Made by a program: the position numbers and the translations under genes | Shown here: positions 24,210 to 38,144 of the stretch, one piece after another | Numbering within the stretch: the stretch's first letter is position 1 | Layout: every line of letters starts with the position of its first letter | Notes under the pieces: model-generated | The model's input: only the letters and a program-made list of their open reading frames with translations | The model's database searches: none | Told to the model about the DNA's origin: nothing | Source of the DNA: Zootoca vivipara | Taxonomy: Eukaryota | DNA length: 64,000 nucleotides | Assembly: GCF_963506605.1 (NCBI RefSeq) | Contig: NC_083278.1 | Coordinates: forward strand, 20,026,001 to 20,090,000 | Direction of reading: 5' to 3'

Positions 24210-27064
24210 TATTTTCTTCCATAAACAAGCCATTTACAACACTGTCAACCCAGAAAATTGTTGGAGATTTGTGTTGTAATTTCACGAGATGAAATTTGAG
24301 GGAGTATTCCGGGATACAGTCCCCCCCCCCAATTTAAAATTTAGCTCACATGATGGTATCTTAATTAAAAAGCCAGTTGCACAACACAACAGGTAATGCA
24401 ATATAAATGGAACCTTATAATTTGGGAGAGCAGCGCTAGCCTTATAATCAGGAAAACAAACGCAGCAACCGCCAAATCTGACTGCACCCTCGGTTGAGTC
24501 TCCATCCCCCTAAACCGAGTTCAAACAACAAAGAAACAGCAAACCATTGTTTACTGGCTCAAGAATGAACAGTGTGCATGTGCAATGCGCATTCCCTCCA
24601 CCCTCCCCTCTTCACATGTTTGCCTTTCAATGCTTATTTACTGACTGGTTAAACAACATTTCCTATGGTATCTGAGCTGGGAAACTCTGCTTTAAACGCT
24701 GCTTACAAACACAATATGACTAGGGTGGTTTCTCAGCTCAATATCATTATGTCTGAGCCACGTCCTCTTGCTTCTCATACCTGACACAAAGGAGAACCCT
24801 GGAGGGAGAAAAGAGCAGCGGCTTGGGAGTTACTATGAGTCACAGGTATTAATGCTCAAAGGCTGATGAAAACTTAATCTAACGTAAACACCAAGTTTTC
24901 CATTGCCCTCAAAAATGGATGAACAAGATTACTGTTCTGCAAAGATGTCACAGTTGAAAAGCTCTTTACCAGCTCTACATGCCCAGGCAGTGCATCGTTT
25001 AAGACTGGAATGAAATCCACAGCACATCAGAGAGGTTAAATGTTATTGTAAGAGAAAAAGCAATGCAAACAGTTCCCCAGCAGGCAGCTTAGGACTTGTT
25101 AAGGTTCAAGTTCAATGTGGCAGCTGCAAAACTGTGAGCTTTGCCATTCTTTTACATGTAAAGTTTGTTTCATTGACGTCATCTAGTTTATTTCACCTTA
25201 AAGAGATACCCCCTCGCCCTTAGCTGTTTTCACATGCTGATGCTTTCGTGGCAGAGCATGAGATTCAGAGGTTTGCAGCTGGACCCAGATGGGTGGTTGG
25301 GCGGACAAGAAAAGTTTGCAACTGGGGCCAACTGAAAGGAGGAAATGGTATTGCCTTGAGGAGCGAGCCAAGTTGTTGCTGTTTTGGCTTGCATTAAAAA
25401 TTCCAAAACTGCACATGTTCCATTCTTGTATTATCTGCATTTAACAGTATGCAGAAAATCAACATATTCATTCTTATTTATTTATTTATTTATTTCAAAC
25501 TGTTCAGTACAGACATCAATCAACAGCTTTTGTTGTATGCAGAAACCAATCCTAAATTTAAGGACATTTTGCAATAGATCTAAAATAATAGTGCATAATA
25601 ATATTAAAATGGTGACATGGAAACGCAACACAACACAACACAATTTTTTTTACAACACAATCCTATGCATGTTTGCTTGGAAGCAAGTCCAATGAAACTC
25701 AGTGGCACTCACTTCCAGGAAAGTGTGCTTAGGGAATCCCATCTTACACAACCAAGTCCCACACAGAAACAAGTGTCACAGAATTCAATGGTGCTTATTC
25801 CCAGAAAAGTATGGTTGTGAGATTTTTACAGCCTTTGATTTGCCCCCATAAAATGATGGTAGTCTGTTCCCAAATGTTTTTCCCCCAGCAATGTCTTTCT
25901 TCTATAAGAGCTCCTACAATGTTTCCACTCCCTCCAGCAACAGAAAAACATCTGAAATCCCCCTTCTCACACCAAGAGGGAACATTCCTCTCTGACCTGT
26001 GGTTTTGCTTCAAAGCAAAACATGCCATTCTGAACCACATTTCATGCCCAAACATGTAGCAAAGCCCCTTCTCTTTGCTTTCATCCAGCTGAATTTCAGC
26101 CACTCTTTATCTTCCCTTCCTATCCCTCATCCTGTGCTTTCACTCTTCGCCCTGGCTAATCCGCCCCATGCTTTATTTCCACTTGCCCTGTTTCATAGAT
26201 TAAAATGCAATTATTTCTCCCCTCTTTCCTTGTGTCAAATGCACTGGGAAGTCAGAAAACTGTAAAAAATAATAATAATAATTGCATTGCTCCAAGTAGC
26301 TTTTTGAAGTTAATATTTAACCCGTAACCCACACAGCAGATAAATTAAAGCCTCTTAAACTGCAATCCTATATCCACATTGAGTTCCATTGGCTGCAGTG
26401 GCGCTTACGGTACTTTGCGGTAGACCTGCATAGAATTGCACATGCTAAGGCTGAAAAAGTCACTTATTTCAAACATCCAGTACTAACCTTTTGCAAAGCC
26501 TTGCTTTATCCGATCTCTTTCTCCACACAGAAAGAAATTGTGCTTTAAAAAGTCCTACAGCCTGGGAAATTCCACCTACTCTGGTGAAGTCTCTTTCCAC
26601 TGTCTTACCATTCAGTTTTTAAAAGCCAAAGCTACACCTTCTATATTGATATCAGACTGACAGGACCTGTGGCTTCCTGCCAGGTGTAAATATGGTGCCA
26701 GGCGCTTCCTGCTGCATCATGCGTGAAACACCCTTCATGTTTTCCCTTCGCCCAAATCCCCGATGACAGGCATGGGTTGTTTTTTAAAAAAATAATAATG
26801 CTCAGATCATTTATTTTCACATGAAAAGCACATGATTTGTTCCGTTGCTCCACTGACCACAATATTTTATCACTGGATTACGCCCTGTTACTATTTTTGT
26901 ACGGGGTAGAAAACTACACCAATGAAATTACGCGGAAAGTACTTACATTGACATCTGAAAATACTCTCTTAGGAATGGCAAAAAGAGGTAGGCCTAGGAA
27001 CAGCTGTTGTTCAGTGGTGGTAGTGCATTATCTGGTCCACATGCAATTGCTCATTTAATCCCCA

Positions 27065-28446
27065 GGCAAAAGAGAGGACCCAAACAATTACCGCCCAGTC
27101 AGCCTGACATCAATACCAGGAAAGATTCTAGAGCAGATCATTAAGCAAACAGTCTGTGAGCACCTAGAAAGGAACGCTGTGATCACCAAAAGTCAGCATG
27201 GGTTTCTGAAAAATAAGTCATGTCAGACTAATCTGATCTCGTTTTTGACAGAATTACAAGCCTGGTAGATGAAGGGAACACTGTGGATGTAGCCTATCTT
27301 GATTTCAGCAAGGCCTTTGACAAGGTGCCCCATGATATTCTTGTAAAGAAGCTGGTAAAATGTGGGCTAGACAATGCTACCATTCAGTGGATTTGTAACT
27401 GGCTTACTGACCGAACCCAAAGGGTGCTCATCAATGGCTCCTCCTCATCCTGGAGAGTAGTGACTAGTGGGGTGCCACAGGGTTCTGTCTTGGGCCCAGT
27501 CTTATTCAACATCTTTATCAATGACTTGGATGATGGGCTTGAGGGCATCCTGAGCAAGTTTGCAGACGACACCAAATTGGGAGGGGTGGCTAATACCCCA
27601 GAGGACAGGATCACACTTCAAAATGACCTTAACAGATTAGACATTTGGGCCAAAGCAAACAAGATGAATTTTAACAAGGAGAAATGTAAAGTACTACACT
27701 TGGGCAAAAAAAAAAAAAATGAAAGGCACAAATACAGGATGGGTGACACCTGGCTTGAGAGCAGTACATGTGAAAAGGACCTAGGAGTCTTGGTAGACCA
27801 CAGACTTGACATGAGTCAGCAGTGTGATGCAGCAGCTAAAAAAGCCAATGCAATTCTGGGCTGCATCAATAGGAGTATAGCATCTAGATCTAGGGAAGTA
27901 ATAGTACCACTGTATTCTGCTCTGGTCAGACCTCACCTGGAGTACTGTGTCCAGTTCTGGGCACCACAGTTCAAGAAGGATACTGACAAGCTGGAACGTG
28001 TCCAGAAGAGGGCAACCAAAATGGTCAAAGGCCTGGAAACGATGCCTTATGAGGAACGGCTTAGGGAGCTGGGTATGTTTAGCCTGGAGAAGAGAAGGTT
28101 AAGGGGTGATATGATAGCCATGTTCAAATATATAAAAGGATGTCATATGGAAGAGGGAGAAAGGTTGTTTTCTGCTGCTCCAGAGAAGCGGTCACGGAGC
28201 AATGGATTCAAACTTCAAGAAAGAAGATTCCACCTAAACATTAGGAAGAACTTCCTGACAGTAAGAGCTGTTCGGCAGTGGAATTTGCTACCAAGGAGTG
28301 TGGTGGAGTCTCCTTCTTTGGAGGTCTTTAAGCAGAGGCTTGACAGCCATATGTCAAAAATGCTTTGATGGTGTTTCCTGCTTGGCAGGGGGTTGGACTG
28401 GATGGCCCTTGTGGTCTCTTCCAACTCTATGATTCTATGATTCTAT
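27065..28446 (+). mobile_element. CR1 LINE, 5'-truncated, young
   Basis: [30 protein letters not shown] and FADD RT motifs; ORF 27283-28368 open; one 1-nt deletion in a T-run at about 27242; (ATTCTATG)n-type 3' tail. Confidence 0.95.
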
Positions 28447-31400
28447 AAAATGGAAAGTCAGATTGCACCATCCGAAAGCAATCCCCCTTCGACCCAACAA
28501 TTCTCTCGCTTTAACCTGGCCCAGAAGTCTGTCATCAGGCCAGCTGCTGCAAATCAGCAGTGTGCGGGTCCAGGGTCCTTCATGGATGCTCCAGCATCTC
28601 TCCTCTCCCTTCAGAAGGGAGCAAAGCAGAGAAATGGCAGCAAAATATTTACTTGCTTTACAGCTGTCCTGGCTTCTGTTCCCCACTTCCTGCTGGTGGG
28701 ATCAATACTGTCTGTTTCAAGTGAGGAATCAAAGGAATCAAGATTGCTTTACTGGATTCAGCAGGGTTATACGTAGTAGGGTCGTGGTATCATAACCTTT
28801 TGGTTGAAAAAGAAAGGAGGAGAGGTGCCGGTACTCATATATTGACAAAAGTGCTGTGGGTGCCAGCACAAAATGGCTGCCACGGGCAGCAAAAGATGGC
28901 CACTACACCATACCAGTAACCACCTTCAACACAAAAAAGCCTTGAATATAGGTATAAGGTCTTTCTTCTCCCCTTCCCTTTTTTTCTGAGCAATATTTTT
29001 ATTTTCCAATCTAATCGAATGCCTACCTTGCAAAACAAGTCTTGTCAGCCAGGTTTTCTCACCCACTTAACTGTCTATTACAAATTCAATAGAAATAGGG
29101 GAATGGGTGCTGGAAGAGGGGAGTGGTGAAGCATTTTACAATTTATCATATGAGCAGGGCTCACCCCCCCCCCAGCCAGAACTCTCCGGAACTCATCCTT
29201 CTAAGAGAACATTGGGGGGGGAGTTCATGGTGAGCTCCAGGCCCGGCACCCGTTTTCTACAAAAATAGCACTGGATAGGAGCACCTCAAATTTTATTTTT
29301 TTATCTTTTTTACATACACACACACTAATACACACATACACGAGGATAACACAGAATGCATCTGATGAAGTGAGCTCTGTCCACAATAAACTAGTATCCA
29401 GAATATTCTCTCTCCAGAGGGGAGCCACGCCTCAGGAATTTTATAGGACTACAGCTGACTCCTGACGCTGCATAGATTTCCTCCTCCCCGTCTGTAAGGG
29501 TGGTGAGAGAGACCAAAGTGTCAGGAAGTTGTGGGCAACTCAGGCAAAGCTGATTCGATCTGTGCGGCAGGATAATCCTCGTGCAAATCTTCATAGAAGG
29601 TGGAACAAAACCAAAACCAAACCAAAAAAAAAAGCATTTTGAAGCTCAGTTTCTTTGCCTAGACCCTGGAAGGGGATTCAGGTTTGGAGGTTAGTACTGG
29701 AAAATGTGAAGTGCTTTGCTTTCTGCACTCAGCTATGTGGAAGTAATTTAAACCAGGAAGTGCAGCAAAGGTGGCAGATTGGCATTTTTTAAAAATTCCA
29801 CTTTAGCAGGCATTAGCTACGGTAGAGAGCAAAGGAGAACAAGGGCTTTTTTCTTTTTCTTTTTGAAAGCAGGACGGTGGGATTTTAAAGAGATTGGAGG
29901 GAAAGGAAAGGAAAGCAGAACGCAGAAACTACAGTCGAGTGGGTGGAAGGGAAGTCAAAACAAGAAGCTTGGAAGTAAGTGTTCAGTATCAGACGCTGCT
30001 TCCCTTTCCTAACATATAAACGAGGGCTGGAGGGGAGGGAAAATGGGGCCAGTAGTTCAGCTGTTTAAAATAAACTTGACATCTGCCAAAGTTTGCATGT
30101 TGCTAGCTTGCTGTGCTGGGGAAGGGGAAGAGGGATTTTAGAGAGTCGAGAAGTAGAATCTAAAAAGGTGAAAGCAAATGTGAGCAGAATTAAAACTAGC
30201 TGGGTAAGCAAATTGGATAGGCAGCTTTAATAGGGGATATATCGTGGCTGGGAAATAACTGCAAACTTAGACGTTGGAGCACAAGAGTTTCTTTTCCTGA
30301 GTTGTGAGGGTTGTCAGGAGGGGCAGAGAGGGGGAAAAAGAGGAGCCGGGAAGAAGCTGGATAAAATAAACAAGGTCCACTATTCTGGGGCTTTGTGGTA
30401 TGTAAGAGGGAAGAAAGTGAGGCAGGCTTCGCAGAGAATTCATTGGAACAATTTACCAACTGCTAGAAGAACAAGCTGACAATAGTTATACGCCAAGAGA
30501 GAGGGGAAGCGGTTAGGGATGACTTTTTCCTGGAAGCCTTTGGGGGAGTCTCAGATGGCTGCTAGGAGGAGGAGAGGGAACTTTCCTTCCATGACCCTTA
30601 AGGAAACCAATTGTTTCAGAAGTTCTATTCGCTGTTTAGAATTTTAATTTCTTCTCAAATTAGGAAGCACACAGTAGTTTTCAGTTCACACATCTATATT
30701 ACCAAATGGATACTTCTGTCCAAACTACAAATCTGTGGGGAGAGAATGTGTTCCCTCCCTTTATTTTTATTTATTTTTAATCCCGTCTTACAAACACCTT
30801 TCAGTGTGGTGTAGTGATTGAAGTGTTGGACTAGGACCTGGGAGACAAGAGACCCCCCAAGACTGGTGGTGGTTTTTTGTGGCTGTATTCTGCAGCATGT
30901 TCTGACACAATAATAGTGCATTCGTTTTGGGTTTATTTAGCTCGGGTTTGTTCTGCAAGATTTCCCCAGTGCTACATTATTGCTGTCCAGAGGGGCTATA
31001 GGTACCACAAAAGTGGGGCAACTGTTCCCCACCGGCTAGCTGTAATAAACTGAGGTGTCTAGACCACTTCCAACAAGAATGGCAAGTGCTCTTTTGAACC
31101 CAAAGCAGAAAACATGAAGGACCAAACACGCTGAACACACTCAGCCAGCAGGTTGCGGGGAAACGAAAGAGGAATGTATGAAGACAGTATTCTGCATATT
31201 CATGCAGTATATATGCACATCTGATATGAGTCAGAGAAGTCAGATTACAGAACCCAGCTGATTTTGTAAGTGGACACCTTGTTACATAAGTTGGTTCAAA
31301 CTTTTCTAAATGGATGACAAGCCCTGCTGCACAGCAAACCACAAGAACAACAAAATGCTGAAACTGTAGTGAACCGGGAGGGGTTCAAGATTGAATGAAA

Positions 31401-31479
31401 GCCGAATGAACAGGCACGCTATATCAAATGACAATTCCTAGTTTGTAGGGGGCCTTGGGCCCATTTTGCTCCATGTTCC

Positions 31480-31815
31480 ATGTGGCAGCCCTTCAAATAT
31501 CTGAAACACTTCCTTTCCAGATCCTTTATCAACTTGCACATGTTTCAGCTTGTCAATAGCCTTCTTAAACTGTGGTGCCCATAACTGGATACAGTACTCC
31601 AGGTGGGGTCTGGCCAAGGCAGAGTAGAGTACTGTTATAGAACATCACATGGCCATTAAAGGCACAGCTAGAGGAGCGAATGGAGGTGTATAAAATTATG
31701 ATAGACATATATATATATAATTATGCACAGGGTAGAGAAAGTGGATAGAGGGGAGTCCCACCCTCATAATGCTAGAACTTGAGGACATTCAATGAAGCTG
31801 AAGATTGGGAGATTT
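31480..31815. mobile_element. Old CR1 fragments (one inverted, one forward)
   Basis: Minus strand RPHLEYCIQLWAPQFKK matches the CR1 at 27930-27980; the following plus-strand piece resembles the CR1 3' region. Confidence 0.6.
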
Positions 31816-32016
31816 TCAGGCCAGGTCTTCCAGCTGGAAAGGGTCCATAAAAAGGCCAAAAGGCAGTCCAGGTACTGGACACCCAGCTAGTATTTCAGGC
31901 AAGGTCAAGGTCAAGAGACAGTCCAAGGTCACGTCACACAGAGGCAATAGTTCAGGCAATGTAATAAGGAAAAGGTGAGCTGAAGAGGAAGTCCATAGTC
32001 TGATCACATAGAGGTA

Positions 32017-32285
32017 CAGTGGTGCCTCGTTAGACGAATTTAATTCGTCCCGCGAGTCGCTTCGTATAGCGAAAAATTCATTTTGCGAAGCGGCTCCCAT
32101 AGGAATGCATTGAAGTGCGGTTTCCCATAGGGTGCCTCGCAAGGCATTCTATGGGACGAAAAAAAATCGTCCTGCGAAGCACACCATAGGAAACTTTGTC
32201 TTGTGAGTATCCATTGAAATCGCAAAACACTTTCGTTTTGCGAGTTTTTCGTCTTGTGAGGCATTCGTCTAGCGAGGTAGCACTG
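32017..32285. mobile_element. Tigger-type MITE
   Basis: TIR CAGTGGTGCCTCG / CGAGGTAGCACTG, TA TSD. Confidence 0.8.
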
Positions 32286-32683
32286 TAATTCTACCTCCAC
32301 TATCATAGGCAGCCTGTTTCTGAATACCAGTTACTGGAAACAATACAAGGGGAGAGTACAGTACTGTTTTTTTCAGGCTCTGCTTGCAAGCTTCTCATAG
32401 ACATCTGGTTGGCTGCTGTAGAACAAGATGCTGATCCAGCAGAACTCTTTTTGTGTTCAGTTCAAAAGTTGGCAGCTCTGGTTGCAACAGCTATCACTAT
32501 CAAATGGTTCAGGGTACATCAACCCCTACTTAAGGTAAATGGTTAACTTAATTGCAAGGTCTGTTCTGTCTGTTTGATCCCCAATTTCCTGTAGCTTCTA
32601 TTTTAGGACAGTCCATAACATTGTTCTACTGTGAAGCCATTTACCCAGTTGTGCAGTATTCGACAAAGTAGAAGGCTGAAAAG

Positions 32684-33724
32684 ATGGCTGGGAAACCCAA
32701 GTTACACTACGTTCGAGGGAGAGGGAAGATGGAATCTATACGCTGGCTCCTTGCGGCAGCTGGAGTGGAGGTTTGTGTGACCATAAAAATAAAGGGGGGG
32801 GGAGGCAACGCTGGATGAATGAACTAGCAATAGTTAAGGTGAATGGCCTCCTTTGCACACACAGCGGAATAGATGTGCAGCATGTTATGCTATCAACGCA
32901 ATTCTCTCTGTATGTTTGTGTCTGCATACACAAACACATCCACTCCTACAACTCAGGATAATGTTGTAAGCATCTGGTGAAGCATCCCCAGCTCAGGCTG
33001 GCAGCGGCCACAGCATGCAGAGCAGCCCAAGCCCAGGCCCTCCCCCCCAAAAAAACTCAGACATTTCCTGTAAAATGTAAAAATCCACCTGGGTGGGCAT
33101 GTTGGCCCTCCAAAAGAGGACATGTCCAGTTTTCCCCAGATGTATGGCAACCCTAGCTGCATAGGAAAATCTCTACCCCAAGTATTAAAACTATTTGGCT
33201 GCCAATTCAATGGACAGTTGTTTGCTATCAATCATACAGCACAATCTTATACATGTTGACTTAGATGGGAATCCCACTGAGTTTGTTGGGCTGTACTCCC
33301 AGGCAAGTGAATAGAGGTCATCTAATAAGCCATATTATTCAGAGAAATGCATGCAAAACAGAGAACCTGTGGGTGTGTTTTAGAATATATGTAAATTTAT
33401 TTTTGACATAATAGAAAATGTTATATATAAAAGAGGGGGGGGGAATCACACACCCCAGCTACAGAGGGAAGGCCAAGACAAATGCGTCTCTGGGAATGCT
33501 TCAGAATCTTCAACATGATCTCATTTCAGTGGGTTGGACGGTTTGTCTTTTGAAGTCATTTCAAGCAATAGAATTGTATGAATGGTGCGGCATTCTGAAA
33601 ATAAACATAGCAAAGAAACTCTGCATTGTGTACAGACCAAGCACATGATTTCTACCAAGACATAGGGGCCCTTTTCATCCCAATCATCCTTTTTGTAATA
33701 TGAATCAATACAAGGGTACAGCAT

Positions 33725-33777
<53 letters not shown>

Positions 33778-34052
33778 TTAATGGCTGTATTGCATTTTGC
33801 AAGTTTTCAAAACAGTCCCCCAAGTTCCAAGTGCTTTTAAAGTCAAGGAAAATGACAAGCATCTGTACTGCATTGCTCTCAAGATAATTACGACATGAAA
33901 AACAAACATGATTCTGTTTGTTCTATTGTGTTTCAGTTTGAAGAACAATTTATAGAAACAAATGAAGACTTGGAAAAATTACGGAAAGGTAAGTCTATGG
34001 GTGAAGGTATTCTCTCTACATGGGACTGATATATTTAAAGAATCAATGGGTG

Positions 34053-34115
<63 letters not shown>

Positions 34116-34830
34116 CCCCCATTGATTCTTTAAATGAAAACCTAAGAAACCATTTAGTGTTGGGATCCACACCAGAGTCTACAAATACTGTTATTTTCAT
34201 GGGTTAAAAAAAAATGGTTTGGTTTTTGCTTGCACAGGAAAAACACAAAGGAATTTGGATTTAGGGATGTCGTAGAATTTCAACAGAAATTTGCCCATGT
34301 CCAGAATGGAAATCAATCCACTTAATATGATTGGTATTCACTGTTGTTTCTTTCTGTCCGCAAATGATACATAATTGATTATTTATTTATTTCCTGCCCA
34401 TAGCTGTCAAGTTTTCCTTTTTCTTGCGAGGAAGCCTATTTTAAAGGGAATTTCCCTTTTTAAAAAAGGGAGAACTTGACAGCTATCTTCCTGCCTGTTC
34501 TTCAGCCTAAGGTCCCAAAGAGGGGGTTACAATATTAAAACACAACATTGAAAACAGTTTGAAAGTACTTACAAACCACCACCGTCATTTGTGTTGAGTT
34601 TACGTTGCACTGAAATGAATGAGATGGCGTAACGCAACACCAATGTATGTAAGCTATGTAACTAATTCTGTAAGTTACATAATTTTATCACAGTGGGAAA
34701 GTAATGGATTGCTGATGAATGATCCTGTGTGAGAGGCAGGGAAAGGAGGATCTCCCAGGTAAGAGCTGGGAGGGTCCACCCACTTTTGTGTGAGAAAAAG
34801 GTTAAGATCTACCTAAAGAGGGCTTTGTGT

Positions 34831-34899
<69 letters not shown>

Positions 34900-37800
34900 T
34901 TTTTCTCTTTGTCTTTTTGTTTTCCTTTTGCTTCCTCTTTTTTATTAGTTTGTTTTTTATTGTATTGTATCTTGAAAAGTTGCAATAAAAAAATCTTTTA
35001 AAAACCCATTACAATGGACAGAGAGATGAATGATGAATAGAAACAGTGTATGGAATGAATACAGGCTGGAATGGAAAACGACGTCTTCTTGCATCTCTGT
35101 TTGAATCATACAGACCAATGGGGAGCCACATTTTCCTAAAGAAAGCTGTTCTACTGAGATGTGATCCTTATTAGAGACCGCAATACTTCGGTTTTAACTT
35201 TCAAAGAAGGCAGGCTGAATCAATCTGTAGTACTAGTTTAAACTATCTTAAGTGTGTGAGAACTGAATCACACATCCCCATTTTTTCCCTCCTTTGAAGA
35301 TGGACAGCTCCTGTTCCAGCAAGTGCCCATGGTGGAAATGGATGGGATGAAGATGGTGCAGACGCGAGCTATTCTCAACTACATCGCAGCAAAGCACAAC
35401 CTCTATGGGAAAGACCTGAAGGAGAGAGCACTGTACTTATGAACATGTAGAATTCACCCTAGGTTTATTTTTTGAATAGAAAGTCAGCTCTTGACAAAAG
35501 CTGAAAATACAGGATGTCTGCCCTGAACTGCAAACATTCAATCATCTTTCTGTTTATGCATCTCTTTATTCCCAGAGCTATATGTCACAATGTGATTCTT
35601 ACAAGAACATTTAGGCTAAATCTCCTTGGGGAGGGAAACTGTCCAATAACATGATCATGCCAAACACATCATGCATCATGTCTGCTAACCTTCCATACCT
35701 GTGTGGAAGATCCCTTCGTGCATGCTGGGTTGCAATTGACTAGTTAAACAAATAAATGTCCTTCCAAATGGCTGCTGAAATGTATTAGAGCTGGTCATGA
35801 TTTTTCACCTGCATATACCAGGCACGTCCAACAGGTAGATCGGGATCTACCTGTAGATCACTGGACGTCTGTGGTAGATCACTGGTAGACCACTGGCTCC
35901 CCCTAAAGAAGCTCAAAAACTTTGACTCCCCTAAAAAAAAAGCTCAACATTCTTGCCCTTCACCCCAAAGAAACGGGGCTTTCCTTCTCCCTAAAAAAAG
36001 CCCTACAACTTTGACCTGAACCCCTAAAAATGGGCCTTTCTCCTTCCTAAAAAAACCTCAACAATTTTGACCTGAACCTCCAAAAAGGGGGTAGATCACT
36101 GCCAGTTTTTAACTCTGTGAGTAGATCACAGTCTCTTGGGAGTTGGCCACCCCTGGCATATACTTTTAGGAAGGGTGAAAGTCACTTAAGTAGTTATATA
36201 TATATCTGTTTGGATAAAGAGCATTGTTGAATCTGTTTCTATTCTTTATTTATTTACTGTATACATTATATCATTAATGTATTTCTAATTTTGGTATGTA
36301 TAATATGCTGAAATTATATTTTGATTTTCTTGTACTTTGAGAGATAGCAACAAAAACAACAAGAAACAAAACAAACCCTGAAAGTAACTGTACCAATGGC
36401 TTCTTTCAGGATTGACATGTATGTGGAAGGAACAACTGATCTGATGGGGATGATAATGGGGCTCCCTTTCCAGCCCCCTGAGAACAAAGAAAAGCAGACC
36501 AACCTAATTTTTGAGAGGGCCACAACCAGATACTTCCCAGTTTATGAAAAGGTAAAGGATGGTCAGGTAGCAACGTAGAATGTGCAGCTAGATCTTAACG
36601 GCTGTAGGTGTATGGGGAGAACCATCTATAGCAGTAGCAAAATTCTGCAGCTGCACCTAAATGTGGAATAGTAAACCTGCAAATCTACCAACATTTTTTG
36701 GGGGTACTACAACTCTCCTAATTCCTGACCATTGGCCATGCTGGCTAGGGCTGCTGGGAGTTGGGAGTCCAGCAAATATTTTGTTTCCCACCCACGATGT
36801 CAAGTTCCAATGCTACCGAGCAGAGGATCACAGCAATGAGGGCCTTTCGGTGTTATGCAGAAAAAGCCAAGTGGCTACTCTCATGGGACAGTCCCTACCT
36901 GCCTCTTAGGCTTACATGTCTGAAACACAAAAGAAGCAGAAACAATCCACAACGAGCCTCTGTTGCCCACTATGAGCCAGGGGTCTGCATACCCTCAACA
37001 CTGACTTCTGTTTCTTTGTATGCCACAGGTTTTGAAAAATCACGGACAAGATTTCCTTGTTGGTGGGAAGTTCAGCTGGGCAGATGTCCACCTGCTTGAA
37101 GCTATTCTGATGGTCGAAGAGATGAAGCCTGACGTTCTTTCTGCGTTTCCTCTGCTGCAAGTGAGTGAACTAGGACATGTTCTGAGAAATGAGATGGAAC
37201 GTAAACTGTAAGACTGTGTGTATTCACAGAGTGCAAATACAGCAACTGGATAAACTTCAGTTATAGGAGTGTGTCGCACTTAGCATGTCATAATCTACCG
37301 GTATATGATGGTGATTGTGGTGGTGTATGAGAGCAAGTCCAAGTGGCCATCTGGGGGATATGTCTTGTGTCAGGCATATGGAAGTTTCTGTGGAGCAGGC
37401 ATCTAGACTTCTGCATCTATTTTGCTTGATGATGAAAGTGCTTCATCTCCTGGCTAGAATTGCCTTAGTTTGATGCATTACAAGACAACCTGACCGAAAA
37501 AGGCTCACCAGATTAAAGAGTTGGAGGGGGGGCTTGTAGAAAGACTATAGAGAAAGTTCAGATTTCACATGTGGATTGAACACGTCATGGGACCACAGAT
37601 CTTTTTCCATGGATGCATTATTCCACTGATTTAGACTCATGTGTATAATTATCTCTGAATACTTTTACCAATGCTTGTAAAAATATGCCCCTGGTTATTA
37701 TTAAGTAGATTGGTTGCTTTTCAAAACTCCCATGTCATAATAGCGCTTGGAACTTTATTTCAACCACTCAGAATTTGACAATCAAAGAATTGTTTAGAAT

Positions 37801-38144
37801 TCCTTTTTCAGTACATGTCTAGAAATGAAAACAACAACATTTTCAAAATCCCTGCCCAAAGTTCACAATGATTCAAAAGGAAAATGGAATGGGGAGGGAA
37901 GAGGAAAGCAAACATTTGAAGCTGATGGATGGGGTCAGACTGCTCTTTTTCTCAAATGTAAGCCCATCTATGTTGTTAAGTTTTCTTTATTCTTAGAGGA
38001 GATTCTTGTTTTTTCATCTAGGCCTTCAAGACAAGAGTAAGCAACATCCCCACAATTAAGAAATTCTTGCAGCCTGGCAGCCAGAGGAAGCCCCGATTTG
38101 ATGACAAGTATGCTGCAAATATCAGGAAGATTTTCAACTTCTGA
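32684..38144 (+). CDS. Glutathione S-transferase alpha class, paralog c (complete, 222 aa)
   Basis: Exons 32684-32770, 33937-33988, 35300-35432, 36410-36551, 37029-37160, 38022-38144 (669 bp, in frame, GT/AG). Protein [21 protein letters not shown]...QVPMVEMDG...SWADVHLLE...[29 protein letters not shown]. Confidence 0.96.
33727..33772. repeat. (GT)n microsatellite
   Basis: Read directly. Confidence 0.95.
34039..34113. repeat. (TG)n microsatellite
   Basis: Read directly. Confidence 0.95.
34830..34899. repeat. (TTTC)n microsatellite within an L1-like 3' tail
   Basis: Read directly; followed by T-rich sequence, AATAAA and an A-rich end at about 34985-35004. Confidence 0.9.
35819..36155. mobile_element. 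hAT non-autonomous element
   Basis: CAGG...CCTG ends, 8-bp TSD GCATATAC, subterminal GTAGATC repeats. Confidence 0.82.
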
